Shown: piece by piece, positions 9,900 through 25,554 of the stretch | Position numbering within the stretch: position 1 is the stretch's first letter | Layout: every line of letters starts with the position of its first letter | Origin: Longimicrobiales bacterium | Lineage (GTDB): Bacteria; Gemmatimonadota; Gemmatimonadetes; Longimicrobiales; Gaopeijiaceae | Reading direction: 5' to 3' | Assembly (NCBI GenBank): GCA_965237965.1 | Contig: CBDEGT010000002.1 | Span: forward strand, 77,496-141,495 | Length of the DNA: 64,000 bases | Made by a program: the position numbers and the translations under genes | The notes under the pieces: model-generated | The model's input: the letters and a program-made list of their open reading frames with translations, nothing else | The model's database searches: none | What the model was told of the DNA's origin: nothing

Positions 9900-10382
9900 T
9901 CAGAAAAACGCCTTGACGAGCTTCTCGCGAAAACCAGCCAACTCCTCATGCGCCGCCTCGAGGGCACCGACCCGCGAGGCCAGCTCGTTGAAGAGTGACG
10001 AGCGCTCGAACCCATTTCGTACGATGAGCTTGAAGTGCTCTACGTTCCAAGGTTTCTCCAGGTAGTAGTAGAGGCCGACTTCGTTGATGGCCTCAATCGC
10101 GTTCTCCGTGTCCGCGTATCCGGTTAGAAGTATCCGTGTCGCCTCAGGGTGAAGTCTACGCGTTTCCTTCAAAAACGAGATTCCGTCCATCTCCGGCATC
10201 ATGAAGTCCGCGACGACCACGCCGATCGAAGGCTCCTCTTCGACCACCCGCAATGCCTCCGACGGAGTGCAGGACGTGAGGACTCGGTAGGAGGTCTCAA
10301 GAACCAGGAGGGACTCGAGCGAGCGCACGACCATCTCTTCGTCGTCGACGATCAGGATGGTGTCTTTGCCCCCTTCGGACAT
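9900..10382 (-). CDS. response regulator receiver protein (REC + C-terminal coiled coil)
   Basis: ILIVDDEEMVV..VVADFMMPEMDG..ILLTGYAD receiver motifs. Stop overlaps the downstream HK region. Confidence 0.8.
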   Translation of the reverse strand: MSEGGKDTILIVDDEEMVVRSLESLLVLETSYRVLTSCTPSEALRVVEEEPSIGVVVADFMMPEMDGISFLKETRRLHPEATRILLTGYADTENAIEAINEVGLYYYLEKPWNVEHFKLIVRNGFERSSLFNELASRVGALEAAHEELAGFREKLVKAFF

Positions 10383-10445
10383 CGGCGGTCTCCGTTATTG
10401 GGGCGGCGTGCGGCGGCGACTGGTGCGCGACCAAGCGTCGCCTAT

Positions 10446-10856
10446 TCAACCTACGAGTGATCGGACCCTTCGCGCCAAGCCTTGAAGTATGCCTGTCGCC
10501 AGCTCGGGGTGATCGGCTAGAAGCTCGTGGAAGTCCGTCCGGGTGATGCACATCAGCCGGGTGGGCTCGAGGGTTCGGGCCCCGACCACGCTCGGGTCCG
10601 AGTCGATCAGAGACCACGTCCCGAAAGGCGTGTCCTCGCGGGCAACGTGCTTCTGGTCACCGACACCACTCAGCTCCACCGCACCCCGTACGATCACATA
10701 CAAGGAATCACTGGACTTCCCGGCCTCGATCAGCACCTCCCCTGCCTCAACATCGAAAACCTCGGCGATGGAGGCCAGAAGCCCAAGATGAGAGCTTCGC
10801 GCGCCCTGCAGCAGGTCGACCTTCTGGAGCAGGAACACCTTCTCGATCAGATCCAA
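10446..10856 (-). CDS. cyclic-nucleotide-binding (cNMP/CAP effector) domain protein
   Basis: ..GEVLIEAGKSSDSLYVIVRGAVEL..GTWSLID..RTLEPTRLMCITRTDFHELL matches the cNMP-binding beta-roll pattern. First gene of a cNMP-RR-HK operon. Confidence 0.65.
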   Translation of the reverse strand: MDLIEKVFLLQKVDLLQGARSSHLGLLASIAEVFDVEAGEVLIEAGKSSDSLYVIVRGAVELSGVGDQKHVAREDTPFGTWSLIDSDPSVVGARTLEPTRLMCITRTDFHELLADHPELATGILQGLARRVRSLVG

Positions 10857-11004
10857 TCGCCCCCTCTCTCGGGCGTCGTTCGTCGCCGTCTTCGCCGCCG
10901 CCCTTCCCTTCGTGTGGACGGGGTATCCTCCGGTGCGGCCGATCGGGCGAAAGACCGGGAGTCGGCCAAGGCACGCACGTACTCCAGCATCGGTACGCCG
11001 AATC

Positions 11005-13432
<2,428 letters not shown>

Positions 13433-13761
13433 GACCCCATCCTCTCAAGAGGTGGAGTCTCCGGCAATCCCGGGGCGATTCAGTCCAAGCGCCTAAGATG
13501 CGCGCTAGACCACTATATCGCGAATAAATCCTTCTAGGGATGGACTAGGAGGACGATCACCACGCCTCTAGGCAGCTCCTTCCTTGGACGGCGCAAGTCT
13601 ACGCCATGCTCCGAGGTCTACCGATCCGTTCCCCACAGTAGGTGGCTCGTGCTCACCGGACTCCTGCAGTTCAATGAAGTTGCGGAGGGCCGACTCACGA
13701 ATACGCCACGAGCGAGCACACGCGAGAAGAGCCCGTGCCAGGTCAAGGGGCCTGTCCGAGA

Positions 13762-15789
13762 TTAGAACGAACTGCGGCACTCCGTACCAGTGAGCTCCAC
13801 AACCTTTGTCCTCCGCAAGTCTTTCAGAACATAGCCAACGGCTACTATGACCCCTAAACCTCCCACGAGGAAGGAAGGGTGAAAGGCTGAAGCCGCCGCC
13901 ACAAACAGCAGGAGCCGGCCACTACCCGAAAGGGGACGAAGCGCATGCCCCTCCAGCGCCGCAGCGAACGCGGAAAGGGCCACCATAGCCATGACTCCCT
14001 TTCCGATCACCAGAAATGCCGGGCCACCAAGTACGATCTCCGGATGCACGACCATCAGCAAGGGAATCAGATAGAGACCCTTCGCATACTTCCATGCGTG
14101 AAGACCGGTTCTCATGGGATCGGATCCAGCCACACCGGCAGCCGCGTAAGCGGCTAAACAGACAGGAGGAGTCACGTTTGAGTCCTGAGAGAACCAGAAG
14201 ACAACCAGGTGAGCAGTGAGGACTGGGAGTCCGAACTCATTCACAAGAGCTGGACCGGCGAGGACGATCAGGACGATATAGCTGGCAGTAACCGGAAGCC
14301 CCATCCCCAGCACCAGGCTGGCAAGGAGGAGAAGAATGAGGGCCAGGAGTAGGTTGCCCTGAGAAAAAGAGAGCATGACGGCAGAGAAATTGAGGCCCAA
14401 GCCGGTCAGTCCAACGATACCGACGATGATGCCTGCGACCGCACATGCCAAGCTGACAGGGAGGGCATTTCGGCAAGCAAGCACGAACCCGTCCACAACC
14501 CGCACGATCCCACCCTTGAGCCACTCGTACGGGGACTGTAGCCTTAGTCTGCCCGGTCCCTGTTCCAGATCCTCCACCCGCATGATCCGGTCCCAAGTGG
14601 CGCGCCCACCAGCCAGCGCGACAATGGCCAGGCAAGATAGGAATCCGACTCGGGCCACAGATAGGTCCATGAGGAGGGCTCCGATGAGCACTACCAGGGA
14701 AAAAAAGTAGTGCCATCCCTTCGCCATCGTGGCTCTGAAACTGGGGAGCTCCGAGGCGGGAATCCCCTGAAGACCTCTCGCTACCGCTACCAGATGCACG
14801 AAGACGAACACCGTCCCCATGTAAAGAATGGCGGGAAGCAAACCTGCCCTGATGATCTCCAGGTAGGGTAGCCCGGTGTATTCAGCAATGAGGAAGGCTC
14901 CAGCTCCCATGATGGGTGGGAGGATTTGACCTCCAGTGCTTGCAGCTGCCTCGATCCCCCCAGCCTCCTCTGGACGATACCCAACCCTCTTCATGAGTGG
15001 GATAGTGAAGGCCCCGCTGGTCACTACATTCGCGATCGCGCTTCCGGAGACAGAACCCATGGCGGCAGAGGCCACAACCGCCGCTTTAGCGGGCCCCCCC
15101 GACTGCCTCCCCGTCAGGGCATAGGCTAAATCCATGAAAAATTGCCCAGCCCCCGTGACCTCCAGGAGCGCACCGAAGAGGATGAAGATGAAGACGAATG
15201 TGGCAGCGACTCCCAAGGGGATCCCGTAGATACCTTCCTGACCCAAGTAGAGTTGGCCCACAATCCGGCCGGTTCCATACCCCCCATGCCGGAGAACACC
15301 TGGAAGGAAGGGGCCTAGGTACGCGTAGCAGACAAAGAGAACGGCGATGGATGAAATCGCCCAACCCAGCACTCGGCGCGTCGCCTCCAATAGGGTGATT
15401 ACTGCCGCTCCACCGACGACGACATCGAGGGTGCTGGGAGTGCCAGCTCTACCCACGATGGCGTCCAGATTTAGGGTAAGATAGAAGGCAGTGGCAGCGG
15501 CGGTGGCGATGAGGACCACGTCCATGGACCAGGCCAGACCACGTCGGAGGCCCCTCTCATGGCCGCTCCTCCACGGGAAGAGGAGGAACGCCAGGATCTC
15601 GACTAGCGCGAGATGAAACCCCCTCTGATAGAAGAGTCCGACCGGTCGGATTCCGGCCGCAGACAGTTGGAATAGGGCAAGCGCAATCGCGAGGATGACG
15701 AAAGCCCCGGCGGCGAAGGCGGGCAGGCCCAGCTCCCGTTGCGGAATCCTACTGACGGAGGCTGGATACAATGGCCGACTGGCCTTCAA
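13762..15789 (-). CDS. TRAP transporter fused permease (TAXI-type, DctQM-like fusion)
   Basis: 675-aa polytopic membrane protein with the TRAP fused-permease pattern, directly downstream of the TAXI solute-binding-protein gene. Confidence 0.8.
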   Translation of the reverse strand: MKASRPLYPASVSRIPQRELGLPAFAAGAFVILAIALALFQLSAAGIRPVGLFYQRGFHLALVEILAFLLFPWRSGHERGLRRGLAWSMDVVLIATAAATAFYLTLNLDAIVGRAGTPSTLDVVVGGAAVITLLEATRRVLGWAISSIAVLFVCYAYLGPFLPGVLRHGGYGTGRIVGQLYLGQEGIYGIPLGVAATFVFIFILFGALLEVTGAGQFFMDLAYALTGRQSGGPAKAAVVASAAMGSVSGSAIANVVTSGAFTIPLMKRVGYRPEEAGGIEAAASTGGQILPPIMGAGAFLIAEYTGLPYLEIIRAGLLPAILYMGTVFVFVHLVAVARGLQGIPASELPSFRATMAKGWHYFFSLVVLIGALLMDLSVARVGFLSCLAIVALAGGRATWDRIMRVEDLEQGPGRLRLQSPYEWLKGGIVRVVDGFVLACRNALPVSLACAVAGIIVGIVGLTGLGLNFSAVMLSFSQGNLLLALILLLLASLVLGMGLPVTASYIVLIVLAGPALVNEFGLPVLTAHLVVFWFSQDSNVTPPVCLAAYAAAGVAGSDPMRTGLHAWKYAKGLYLIPLLMVVHPEIVLGGPAFLVIGKGVMAMVALSAFAAALEGHALRPLSGSGRLLLFVAAASAFHPSFLVGGLGVIVAVGYVLKDLRRTKVVELTGTECRSSF

Positions 15790-15808
15790 CTCCAGATCCT
15801 CAGAGTCC

Positions 15809-16864
15809 TCACTGGGAGACGATCAGACGCTCTGGCACGTCGTGGCCACTGTCCCGCAGGTACCTAACGGCGCCAGGATGCAATGGGATGGGTGACGCTG
15901 AGAGCGTGTACTCCGCCGAGATCTGACGCGCCACTGGGTGCACGCCTTCGAGCTCCTCAAGCGCCTCCAGTAACTCCTGGATCAACGAGTACGCAAGCTC
16001 CTCGGGCATGTCGGCCGATACCACAAGGAGATTCGGAGTGCTCAGCGTATGAACTTGCTGCTCCTGTCCACGGTACGCCCCGGCAGGGACCACGTCCGGA
16101 CGAACAGTCGGATCGACCGCTTCGGTGCGCTCCACCTCTTCCGCTCCGAGAGGAACAAGGTGGACCGTACGCGCTGTGGCAAGATCCATCAGGGAGCTTG
16201 TTGGAGGGCCGGCGCTCCAGAATCCGGCATCCACATTCCCATCGCGGATCGCGTTCGCGGTCTCATTGAAGTTGAGGCGCTGAGGCTCGAAGTCATCGTA
16301 TCCGATCCCGTTCGCCTCCAGGAGAGTCCGAGCGGCAACCTCCGTCCCACTACCCGGGGCTCCCACGGAAACCCTTCGACCTACGAGGTCATAGAGCGTG
16401 CGGACACCGGTTTCCTCTAGGGTCGCCAAATGAAGGATGTTCGGGTAAAGGGCAACCAGAGCAAGAATTTGTCCGGACTGCCCTCCTTCAAAAGAACCCC
16501 TGGCGGTATGAGCCTCAAGGGCATTAGTACCCATGGAGAACGCCACCTCCACTTGCCCCGCCATCAGGAGGCTCAAGTTTTCGACCGAGCCTCCCGTAAC
16601 TTCCGCCACCACGACCTGGTCCGGCAGGCCTCGGCTCCAGATCTCAGCAATGGAACCCCCCAGAACGTAGTAGACTCCTCCTGTTCCTGCGGTGGCTAGG
16701 GCCAGGATTTCAGGGCCGTCTCCAGGTGAGCAACGAACGAGGCTGAAGACCGAAACGAGCACGGCACCCAGCATCGCCACTGCTCTTCCCCAACCACCGC
16801 TCAGGCTTCCTTGCGTCTTCGGGTGAGCCACTTCTTCCACTGTCCTTGAAACTCCTCTGCCCAT
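15809..16864 (-). CDS. TAXI family TRAP transporter solute-binding subunit
   Basis: ..LATAGTGGVYYVLGGSIAEIW.. is the TAXI hallmark. Signal peptide present. SD taggaggtgggg upstream. Confidence 0.85.
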   Translation of the reverse strand: MGRGVSRTVEEVAHPKTQGSLSGGWGRAVAMLGAVLVSVFSLVRCSPGDGPEILALATAGTGGVYYVLGGSIAEIWSRGLPDQVVVAEVTGGSVENLSLLMAGQVEVAFSMGTNALEAHTARGSFEGGQSGQILALVALYPNILHLATLEETGVRTLYDLVGRRVSVGAPGSGTEVAARTLLEANGIGYDDFEPQRLNFNETANAIRDGNVDAGFWSAGPPTSSLMDLATARTVHLVPLGAEEVERTEAVDPTVRPDVVPAGAYRGQEQQVHTLSTPNLLVVSADMPEELAYSLIQELLEALEELEGVHPVARQISAEYTLSASPIPLHPGAVRYLRDSGHDVPERLIVSQ

Positions 16865-16914
16865 ATCACCCCACCTCCTACCGGACCTGTGCCAGTGACC
16901 GGCCCCCCCCCGAT

Positions 16915-16985
16915 CTTACGCTCGATGCGGTAGCGGCCTACAAGGGCTGCGTTCAGGCGGGTGACGGGATCGGTCACCAGTTGCC
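16915..16985 (-). repeat. kinase-5' module, copy B (truncated; directly upstream of TAXI gene start)
   Basis: Reverse strand encodes [23 protein letters not shown], followed by a G9 run and the TAXI SD/ATG. Confidence 0.6.
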
Positions 16986-17014
16986 CACCGCGTCGGCTGG
17001 GTCGACAGCCTCCC

Positions 17015-17490
17015 CTACGGCGCTACCACTGGCGTCGGCGCCACGAGGCTCATCCTGATCCTCCACGAACCGTCCGCGTCTTTCGTCAACGCGTTCATGT
17101 AGTTCCCGGACGCCTTCACCGGCTCACCGTCCGGGGGCGTCACGTCGACCTCGTACGTTCCCGACGCCACTGCTGATTTTCCATCCTCGGCAATGAACGT
17201 CTCATCAGGTTGAATGGCGAGAGACTGGCTCCCACCGTCGAAACCCGCCTGGATTGCTATCGCGATGGCGTCCCTGTCGCGGTCGGGAGCTTGTCCAGGG
17301 AACATGCGGACCGCCTCCATCGTGTATAGCTCGGCGAGTCCTCCTGAGTCCTTGTTCCCGAAGAGTTGAACGTAGGTATCACCCAGAGCGGTGATCGCCG
17401 TCCTTTCGGCGTTAAGGTCGACCTGAGGCCCCGATGGAGCGCAGGTCGCGAGCAGCACTGAAAGGGACAGGGCCAGGACACGGATGCTCA
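17015..17490 (-). CDS. lipoprotein with SnoaL/NTF2-like (DUF4440-like) fold
   Basis: GTG start VSIRVLALSLSVLLATCAPS lipobox. Small alpha+beta protein pattern. Low-confidence domain call. Confidence 0.45.
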
Positions 17491-17739
17491 CGGAATCCCT
17501 CCTGTGGTCGGCAGGGTCACGCAGCGCGTCGGCTGTGGCTGAGCGAGTATAGCGCGCGGATCTCGTCGCCGCATGCTGGAGTCTGGGGCCTGCGCCGGGC
17601 GGGCGGGATGGCAAGGCCAGGCGGCGGATGCCATCAGGCCCCCGCCGGCTCGTGGGAGGACCTCAGGTGTTGGGCGACGGAGACCTCGCCGGGACCCGAG
17701 GTGGTCGCCGGGCGTGGGGGGTTGGCGGCTGGTTGGGAG

Positions 17740-17890
17740 GGCGCTCGATGCGGTAGCGGCCTTCTAGGGCCGCGTTCAGGCGGGTGACGGGATCGGGCTT
17801 GTTCACCTGCCCAAGATGCCGGTCAGGGCGGTAAACCGCGAGAAAGCTCCGATACACGAGGGCGAGCGAAGGATCACGGCCAGCAAGGTG
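17740..17890 (-). repeat. kinase-5' module, copy C (includes ~80 bp of conserved upstream promoter-like sequence)
   Basis: Encodes ..[20 protein letters not shown]. Upstream part ..caagatgccggtcagggcggtaaaccgcgagaaagc..ggatcacggccagca is shared with copies E and F. Confidence 0.6.
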
Positions 17891-18050
17891 GGCAGTGAGC
17901 CGGACGGCTTGGCTTTACGGAGCTGGAAACAGAGTGTACTTGGGGTCCTAGCCCGCCAAAAAAGAACAGCGCCCCCCAGCACCGAGCGCCCTACTCCTCT
18001 CGGATGATCAACTGAGTCGTCGGCTTGGTCACTTCCCCACCCTCCGTTCC

Positions 18051-18716
18051 CTAGTCGACACTTGGCTGCGGGACGATTCGGATATACGGCAGAGGCTGCC
18101 CCCAGCCGTCGGGGAACCGTTCACGCGCCTGTTCATCGGACACAGACGGAGCGATGATCACATCACCTCCCTGTACCCAGTTTGCCGGCGTAGCAAGCTG
18201 CTGCTTCGCGGTTAGCTGGCAAGAATCAAGCAGCCGAAGGATCTCCACGAAATTACGTCCTGTGCTCATCGGGTACGTGAGGGTAGCCTTGATCCTCTTG
18301 TCAGGCCCGATGATGAAGACAGAACGTGCAGTGGCATTGTCCCCAGCGGTTCGACCTTCGGAGGAGTCACCGGAATCGGCTGGGAGCATGTCATAGGCCT
18401 TCACGACGGCGAGGGTCGGATCACCGATCAACGGGTACGTCACAGCATGACCCTGTGAGGCCTGGATGTCCTTTGACCACGCCTCATGGTCAGCGACGCC
18501 GTCGACGCTGATCCCGATCACCTTACAACCTCTCGCAGCAAACTCGTCTTGGAGAGTGGCGACAGCACCGAGCTCCGTAGTGCACACTGGTGTGAAATCC
18601 TTGGGGTGCGAAAACAAGATCGCCCAGCCGTTACCGATCCAGTCATGGAAGGTGACCGTGCCCTGCGTCGTAGCGGCAGTGAAATCTGGCGCTGAGTCGT
18701 TGATGCGGAGTGACAT
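18051..18716 (-). CDS. peroxiredoxin (Prx6/1-Cys-type)
   Basis: ..FSHPKDFTPVCTTELG.. peroxidatic-Cys motif. 221 aa. Confidence 0.85.
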   Translation of the reverse strand: MSLRINDSAPDFTAATTQGTVTFHDWIGNGWAILFSHPKDFTPVCTTELGAVATLQDEFAARGCKVIGISVDGVADHEAWSKDIQASQGHAVTYPLIGDPTLAVVKAYDMLPADSGDSSEGRTAGDNATARSVFIIGPDKRIKATLTYPMSTGRNFVEILRLLDSCQLTAKQQLATPANWVQGGDVIIAPSVSDEQARERFPDGWGQPLPYIRIVPQPSVD

Positions 18717-18841
18717 GGGTCCTCCTCAGGAGTGGGAAGGTTCGGGGTGTGATGCACCCAACGATCCGTTGCGCGGAGGATGCGCACCTACTGAATCGCC
18801 CCGGGATTGCCGGAGACTCCACCTCTTGAGAGGATGGGGTC

Positions 18842-21310
<2,469 letters not shown>

Positions 21311-21625
21311 ACCACCCAATACCTCTCTATACGGTATACGGAGCGGCTGGCTGACGCGGGCATCGAGCCGTCCGTGGGAAGCAAAGGAGATTCCTACGAC
21401 AACGCGTTGGCCGAATCGATCATCGGCCTGTTCAAGACGGAGATGATCCGACGGAACGGGCCCTGGCGTAACCTGGAAGACGTCGAATTCGCCACGCTCG
21501 AGTGGGTCTGGTGGTTCAATCACCACCGTCTGCTCGAACCCATTGGGTACGTTCCCCCAGTGGAGAGGGAGCAGGAGTATTACCGGAACCTGAGCGCCCC
21601 GGCCAGGCTGGTGGCACTCAACTAA
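21311..21625 (+). pseudogene. IS3 orfB C-terminal part (integrase core C-terminus) displaced by the IS30 insertion
   Basis: ..SVGSKGDSYDNALAESIIGLFKTE..WWFNHHRLLEPIGYVPPVEREQEY is the conserved IS3 orfB C-terminus. Confidence 0.7.
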
Positions 21626-23560
21626 ACAAGTCTCCGGAGAAGCCGGGGCGATTCACGTTGACGCTGTAACGCTCTCGCCCTTCCACGGTCCGGGTGACGT
21701 TCATGCCACCCACCGCGGTCATGATCGTCTTCTGGACGTCGGCCATGCTGAGCCCGTAACGGGCCGCCGCCTGCCGGTCCACATCCACCTCTACGTACTT
21801 CCCTCCGATGGCTCGCTCGGCGAAGACGGAGGCCGTACCCTCCACCATGGGGAGGAGGCCCTCGATCTCTTTGCCGATCGCTTCGAGTGTGGCGAGATCT
21901 GGGCCGAAGAGCTTGATGCCGACCGGGGTCTTCAGATCAGGAGACGGTGCCTGAGCATGAAGCCCAGGGTCGGGCGGTAGAACCTCAGCGCCGCTCGGTT
22001 GATCGGGTTCTCCTCCTCCGACCTGATCTTCCCCCGGATGAACGCCCCCATCGCCACCGGCACAAGCGTGATGGCCAGCAGCGCCGACGCGGCCATGGCC
22101 AGAGTCTTGGTCAGCGCCAGGGGCTTGAACAGGCGCCCCTCCTGCGCGACCAGGGAGAAGATGGGTAGGAAGCTCAGCGTAATGATGAGCAGCGAGAGGA
22201 ACAGCGCCGGCCCCACCTCCTTGGACGCATCCAACGAAAGCTGCCAGGAGGAGCGGGTGCCGCCGTCTCGCTCGTTGCGCTCCATGTGCTTGTGCATGTT
22301 TTCGATCATGACGATCGCGCCGTCCACCATGGCCCCGAGCGCGATGGCGATGCCGCCCAGGCTCATGATGTTTGCGTTGACGCCGAGCCAGCGCATGACG
22401 AGGAAGGACATGAGCACGCCCACCGGCAGCGTGACGATGGCGACCAGGGCACTGCGGGCGTGCATGAGGAAGACGATCGCCACCATCGCCACGATCAGGC
22501 TTTCTTCCAAAAGCTTCTCCCTGAGCGTCTCGATGGCGCGGTGGATGAGGTCGCTCCGGTCGTAGCCGACCACGATCTCCACGCCCTCAGGTAGGGAGCG
22601 CTGGATCGCGGCCATCCTCTCCTTGACCCGCTCGATCACCTGGAGGGGATTCTCGCCGAACCGCATGATCACGACCCCGCTGGTCACCTCTCCCTGGCGT
22701 ATGCGCCCGTCCTCTGCTCGCCACGCCAGGTCCGCCATACCCCGCCGGATCTCGGGGCCCACGTGAACGCGGGCCACGTCGCCCACGGTGACGGGCGTGC
22801 CGCCGGGCCCTAATCCAATGGCAACAGACTCCACGTCCTCGATCGAGCCCAGGTAGCCGAGGCCGCGGACCATGTACTCGCTCCCGCCCAGCTCCAGGAC
22901 CCGTCCGCCCACATCCAGGTTCGATTCGCGGAGCGCTCTCAGGACCCGGGAGAGCGGGATCTCGTATGCCAGCAGCCGCTCCGGCTCGAGTTCCACTTGG
23001 TACTGCTTCTCGAGCCCGCCCAAGGTCGCGACCTCGCTCACCCCCGGGACCGCGGTGAGCTGATAGCGCACGTACCAGTCCTGGAGGCTCCGGAGCTCCG
23101 CGTTGTCGAGCTTCCCGCTCCGGTCCAGCAGGACGTACTGCATGACCCAGCCGACCCCCGTCGCGTCGGGGCCGAGCTGCGGCTGCACCTCCTCAGGTAC
23201 CTTGTCGCCGATCCCGTTCAGGTACTCGAGCACGCGGGAGCGTGCCCAGTACAGGTCCACGTCGTCCTCGAACACCACGTACACGAAGGAGCGCCCGAAC
23301 TGGCTAATGCCCCGCACGTACTTCGTGCTCGGAACCTTGAGCAGCTCCGTCGAGAGCGGATAGGTGACCTGGTCTTCGACGACCTGGGGCGCCTGCCCCC
23401 TCCATTCCGTCTGCACGATGACCTGTACATCGGAAAGGTCGGGGATGGCGTCCACCGGGGTCGTGAGCATCGCCCAGCCACCGAAGCCCACGATCGCCAC
23501 GGTACCCAGAACGACGAAGAACTTGTTGTCGAAGGACCACTCGATGATGCGCCGCAGCAT
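21618..23560 (-). pseudogene. CusA/CzcA-family RND heavy-metal efflux pump. Only N-terminal half (542 aa) plus a ~75-aa internal fragment in another frame; 3' half removed by IS3 insertion
   Basis: MLRRIIEWSFDNKFFVVLGTVAIVGFGGWAM.. is the CzcA N-terminus. Second fragment ..YVEVDVDRQAAARYGLSMADVQ.. Ends at the IS3 right IR (21655). Confidence 0.75.
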
Positions 23561-23562
23561 GA

Positions 23563-24141
23563 TTAGCGCCCTCCCGTGGAGTCGGGACGGGCCATTCCGC
23601 CGGCATCCATGTCCATGCTGTCCATCCCTTGCATGCCGCCCATGTCCGTTCCCTCCATGCCGGACATCTCCATCTGCTGCATGCCCCCCATGTCCATTCC
23701 TGCCATGTCGGACATGTTCATCTGCGCCATCATCGCCTTGATCACCTCGGCGAGGTTCGACTCGGAGTCGAGGAGGAATTGCGCCGAGGTGACCACGCGC
23801 TGGCCGGGCTCCACGCCGTCGACGACCTGCACGAGTCCCTCACCGCGCACGCCGAGCACCAGTTCGTGCGGCATGATCTCGCCAGCGCCCATGTCCACAA
23901 AAGCAACCGCACGCTCACCCGAATACAGTACGGCGGAGACCGGAACGGTCAGCGCCTCGCCCAGGTCGGAGGCGAAGCGCACAGTGGCGTACATCCCCGG
24001 CTTGAGCTGTCTGCCGGGGTTGGCCAGCGCGATCCTCGCACGCATGGAGCGGGTACGGTCCGCCAGCGTCGGGTAGACGTACTCGATGGTGCCTGAGAAC
24101 GTTCGGCCGGGGAGCGCAGCCACTTCGACCTCTGCGGGCAT
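23563..24141 (-). pseudogene. RND efflux membrane-fusion protein (CusB-like) C-terminal part with Met-rich metal-binding tail; N-terminus deleted
   Basis: MFP beta-barrel/MP-domain sequence, then ..MNMSDMAGMDMGGMQQMEMSGMEGTDMGGMQGMDSMDMD (MxM repeats typical of Cu/Ag systems). Confidence 0.65.
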
Positions 24142-24163
24142 GCCTTCGCGGACAAGGCCAATG

Positions 24164-24796
24164 TCAGCCTCGAAGACCTCGGCGCTGCGCGGCAGTCCCC
24201 ACCCCGTACTTCGCAGACGTGAGCTCGGCGAAGTCCCCCACCAGCGTCTCGTTACGGCCCGTGACCGCGATGGCCTGATTCACGAAGTAGACCTGGTAGT
24301 AGGTCGACTTCACGTCGGCGAGGACCTGATCCCGCACGCGCTCCACCTCCCACTCCGAGGTCTCGGCTTGGAGCCGCGCCACCTCCTCCCTGAGTCCAAG
24401 CTTGCCCGGCCAGGGGAGCATGGCACTCAATTGCACTTGGGCCATCGTCATCATGTTCCCGCTCAGACGGGGCCGCGCCACCGGCACGTTCATGAGGCCG
24501 ATCCCGACCATCGGGTCGGGCAAGGCCCCTGCCTGGGGCACGCGGGCGGCCGCTGCCTCCGCCGCCCGCTTTGCGGCCGCGATCCGCGGGTTGACGGAAT
24601 CGGCCTCGGCCAGCAGTGCCGGGAGCGCCACGTCCTGGGCGGAGAGCGACTCGGTGCAGGCCATCAGCCATGCGCCTAGACGCGTTGAGATCCTGATCGT
24701 TCTCATTCCCTTCGTGCGAATCATGCTCTCGAGTCCTCTCATAGTCCGTTTCCGATTCCCGCCCCAACCACACACGAGGGCGTCCGGATGGGACAC
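24164..24796 (-). pseudogene. TolC-like outer-membrane efflux factor (CusC/CzcC) N-terminal ~200 aa, fused by deletion to the MFP fragment
   Basis: Signal peptide plus the ..EVERVRDQVLADVKSTYYQVYFVNQAIAV.. OMF repeat pattern. Only about 45% of expected length. Confidence 0.6.
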
Positions 24797-24896
24797 CCGA
24801 GGTAGTCTGGGGCTGCTCCGACGCCGCTCATGCGGTGCCGGTGGCGTTGCTGGGTTTGGAAGGGCGGGGACCGGAAGGAACTCCGGCCCTCGTGGA

Positions 24897-25283
24897 CTAC
24901 GCCCGAGGGGGGTGGAAGAGGGTGTGCGTCAGCAGGAGGTAGGGCGGGACCTCATCGAGGAGGATCCAGGCCGTCGGCAGGGGCGAGATCATGATCTCCA
25001 CTGAGACCACGGCAGGCAGGGAGACGCTGGGGACCCAGCACTGGCCCATCACCGAACAGAAGGGACAGTTGCCACCCTCGTGATCGGCATCATCCCCGTG
25101 GTGTTGCACGGCCATGAACATGCGGGTGGCAACAGCTCCGTCGGACTCGACCTCGCCTAAGGCCGCCGCGCTCCTCGCCGGCATGGGTGCGCACGTCGAC
25201 GCCACGACCGCTTCCGTGAAGGAGAGGGCCATCGCTGCGGAGGCGAGAGTGCCGGCCAGAATGCGCGTACGTCGCTTGATCAT
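24897..25283 (-). CDS. small exported His/Cys-rich protein, possible metal-binding accessory protein of the efflux operon
   Basis: Signal peptide MIKRRTRILAGTLASAAMALS, then ..MAVQHHGDDADHEGGNCPFCSVMGQCW. Confidence 0.35.
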   Translation of the reverse strand: MIKRRTRILAGTLASAAMALSFTEAVVASTCAPMPARSAAALGEVESDGAVATRMFMAVQHHGDDADHEGGNCPFCSVMGQCWVPSVSLPAVVSVEIMISPLPTAWILLDEVPPYLLLTHTLFHPPRA

Positions 25284-25554
25284 GGATCCGGAAGAAGGAT
25301 ACGACTTACGGTACACTCGAGGGTCCGAAAGGGATTCGGGCCCCCGGGCTGCTCGCTAGGGGAAGCTCTGAGCAAGGCCCTTCTGGGGGCGGTGCGAGAC
25401 GGAGGGAGCCGGTTTCAGCGGTCTTGGGGGCGATGACGGGCTGAAAACGCGCCCAACCGGCATGTTCTGGCCGATGATCCCCTCGTTGCGCCCCGCGTGG
25501 GCGGATGTTTCCCGCGCCGGCCGCTCACGCCGTCGAATAGCGGCCCGCCACAAG

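Noticed and set aside
13568-13780. 70-aa ORF downstream of the TRAP permease, weakly resembling the kinase-3' module (..LRNFIELQE..)
   Set aside because: Similarity to ..VQNFFEELKRLVP is too weak (a few residues, no nucleotide identity) to count as a fourth copy.
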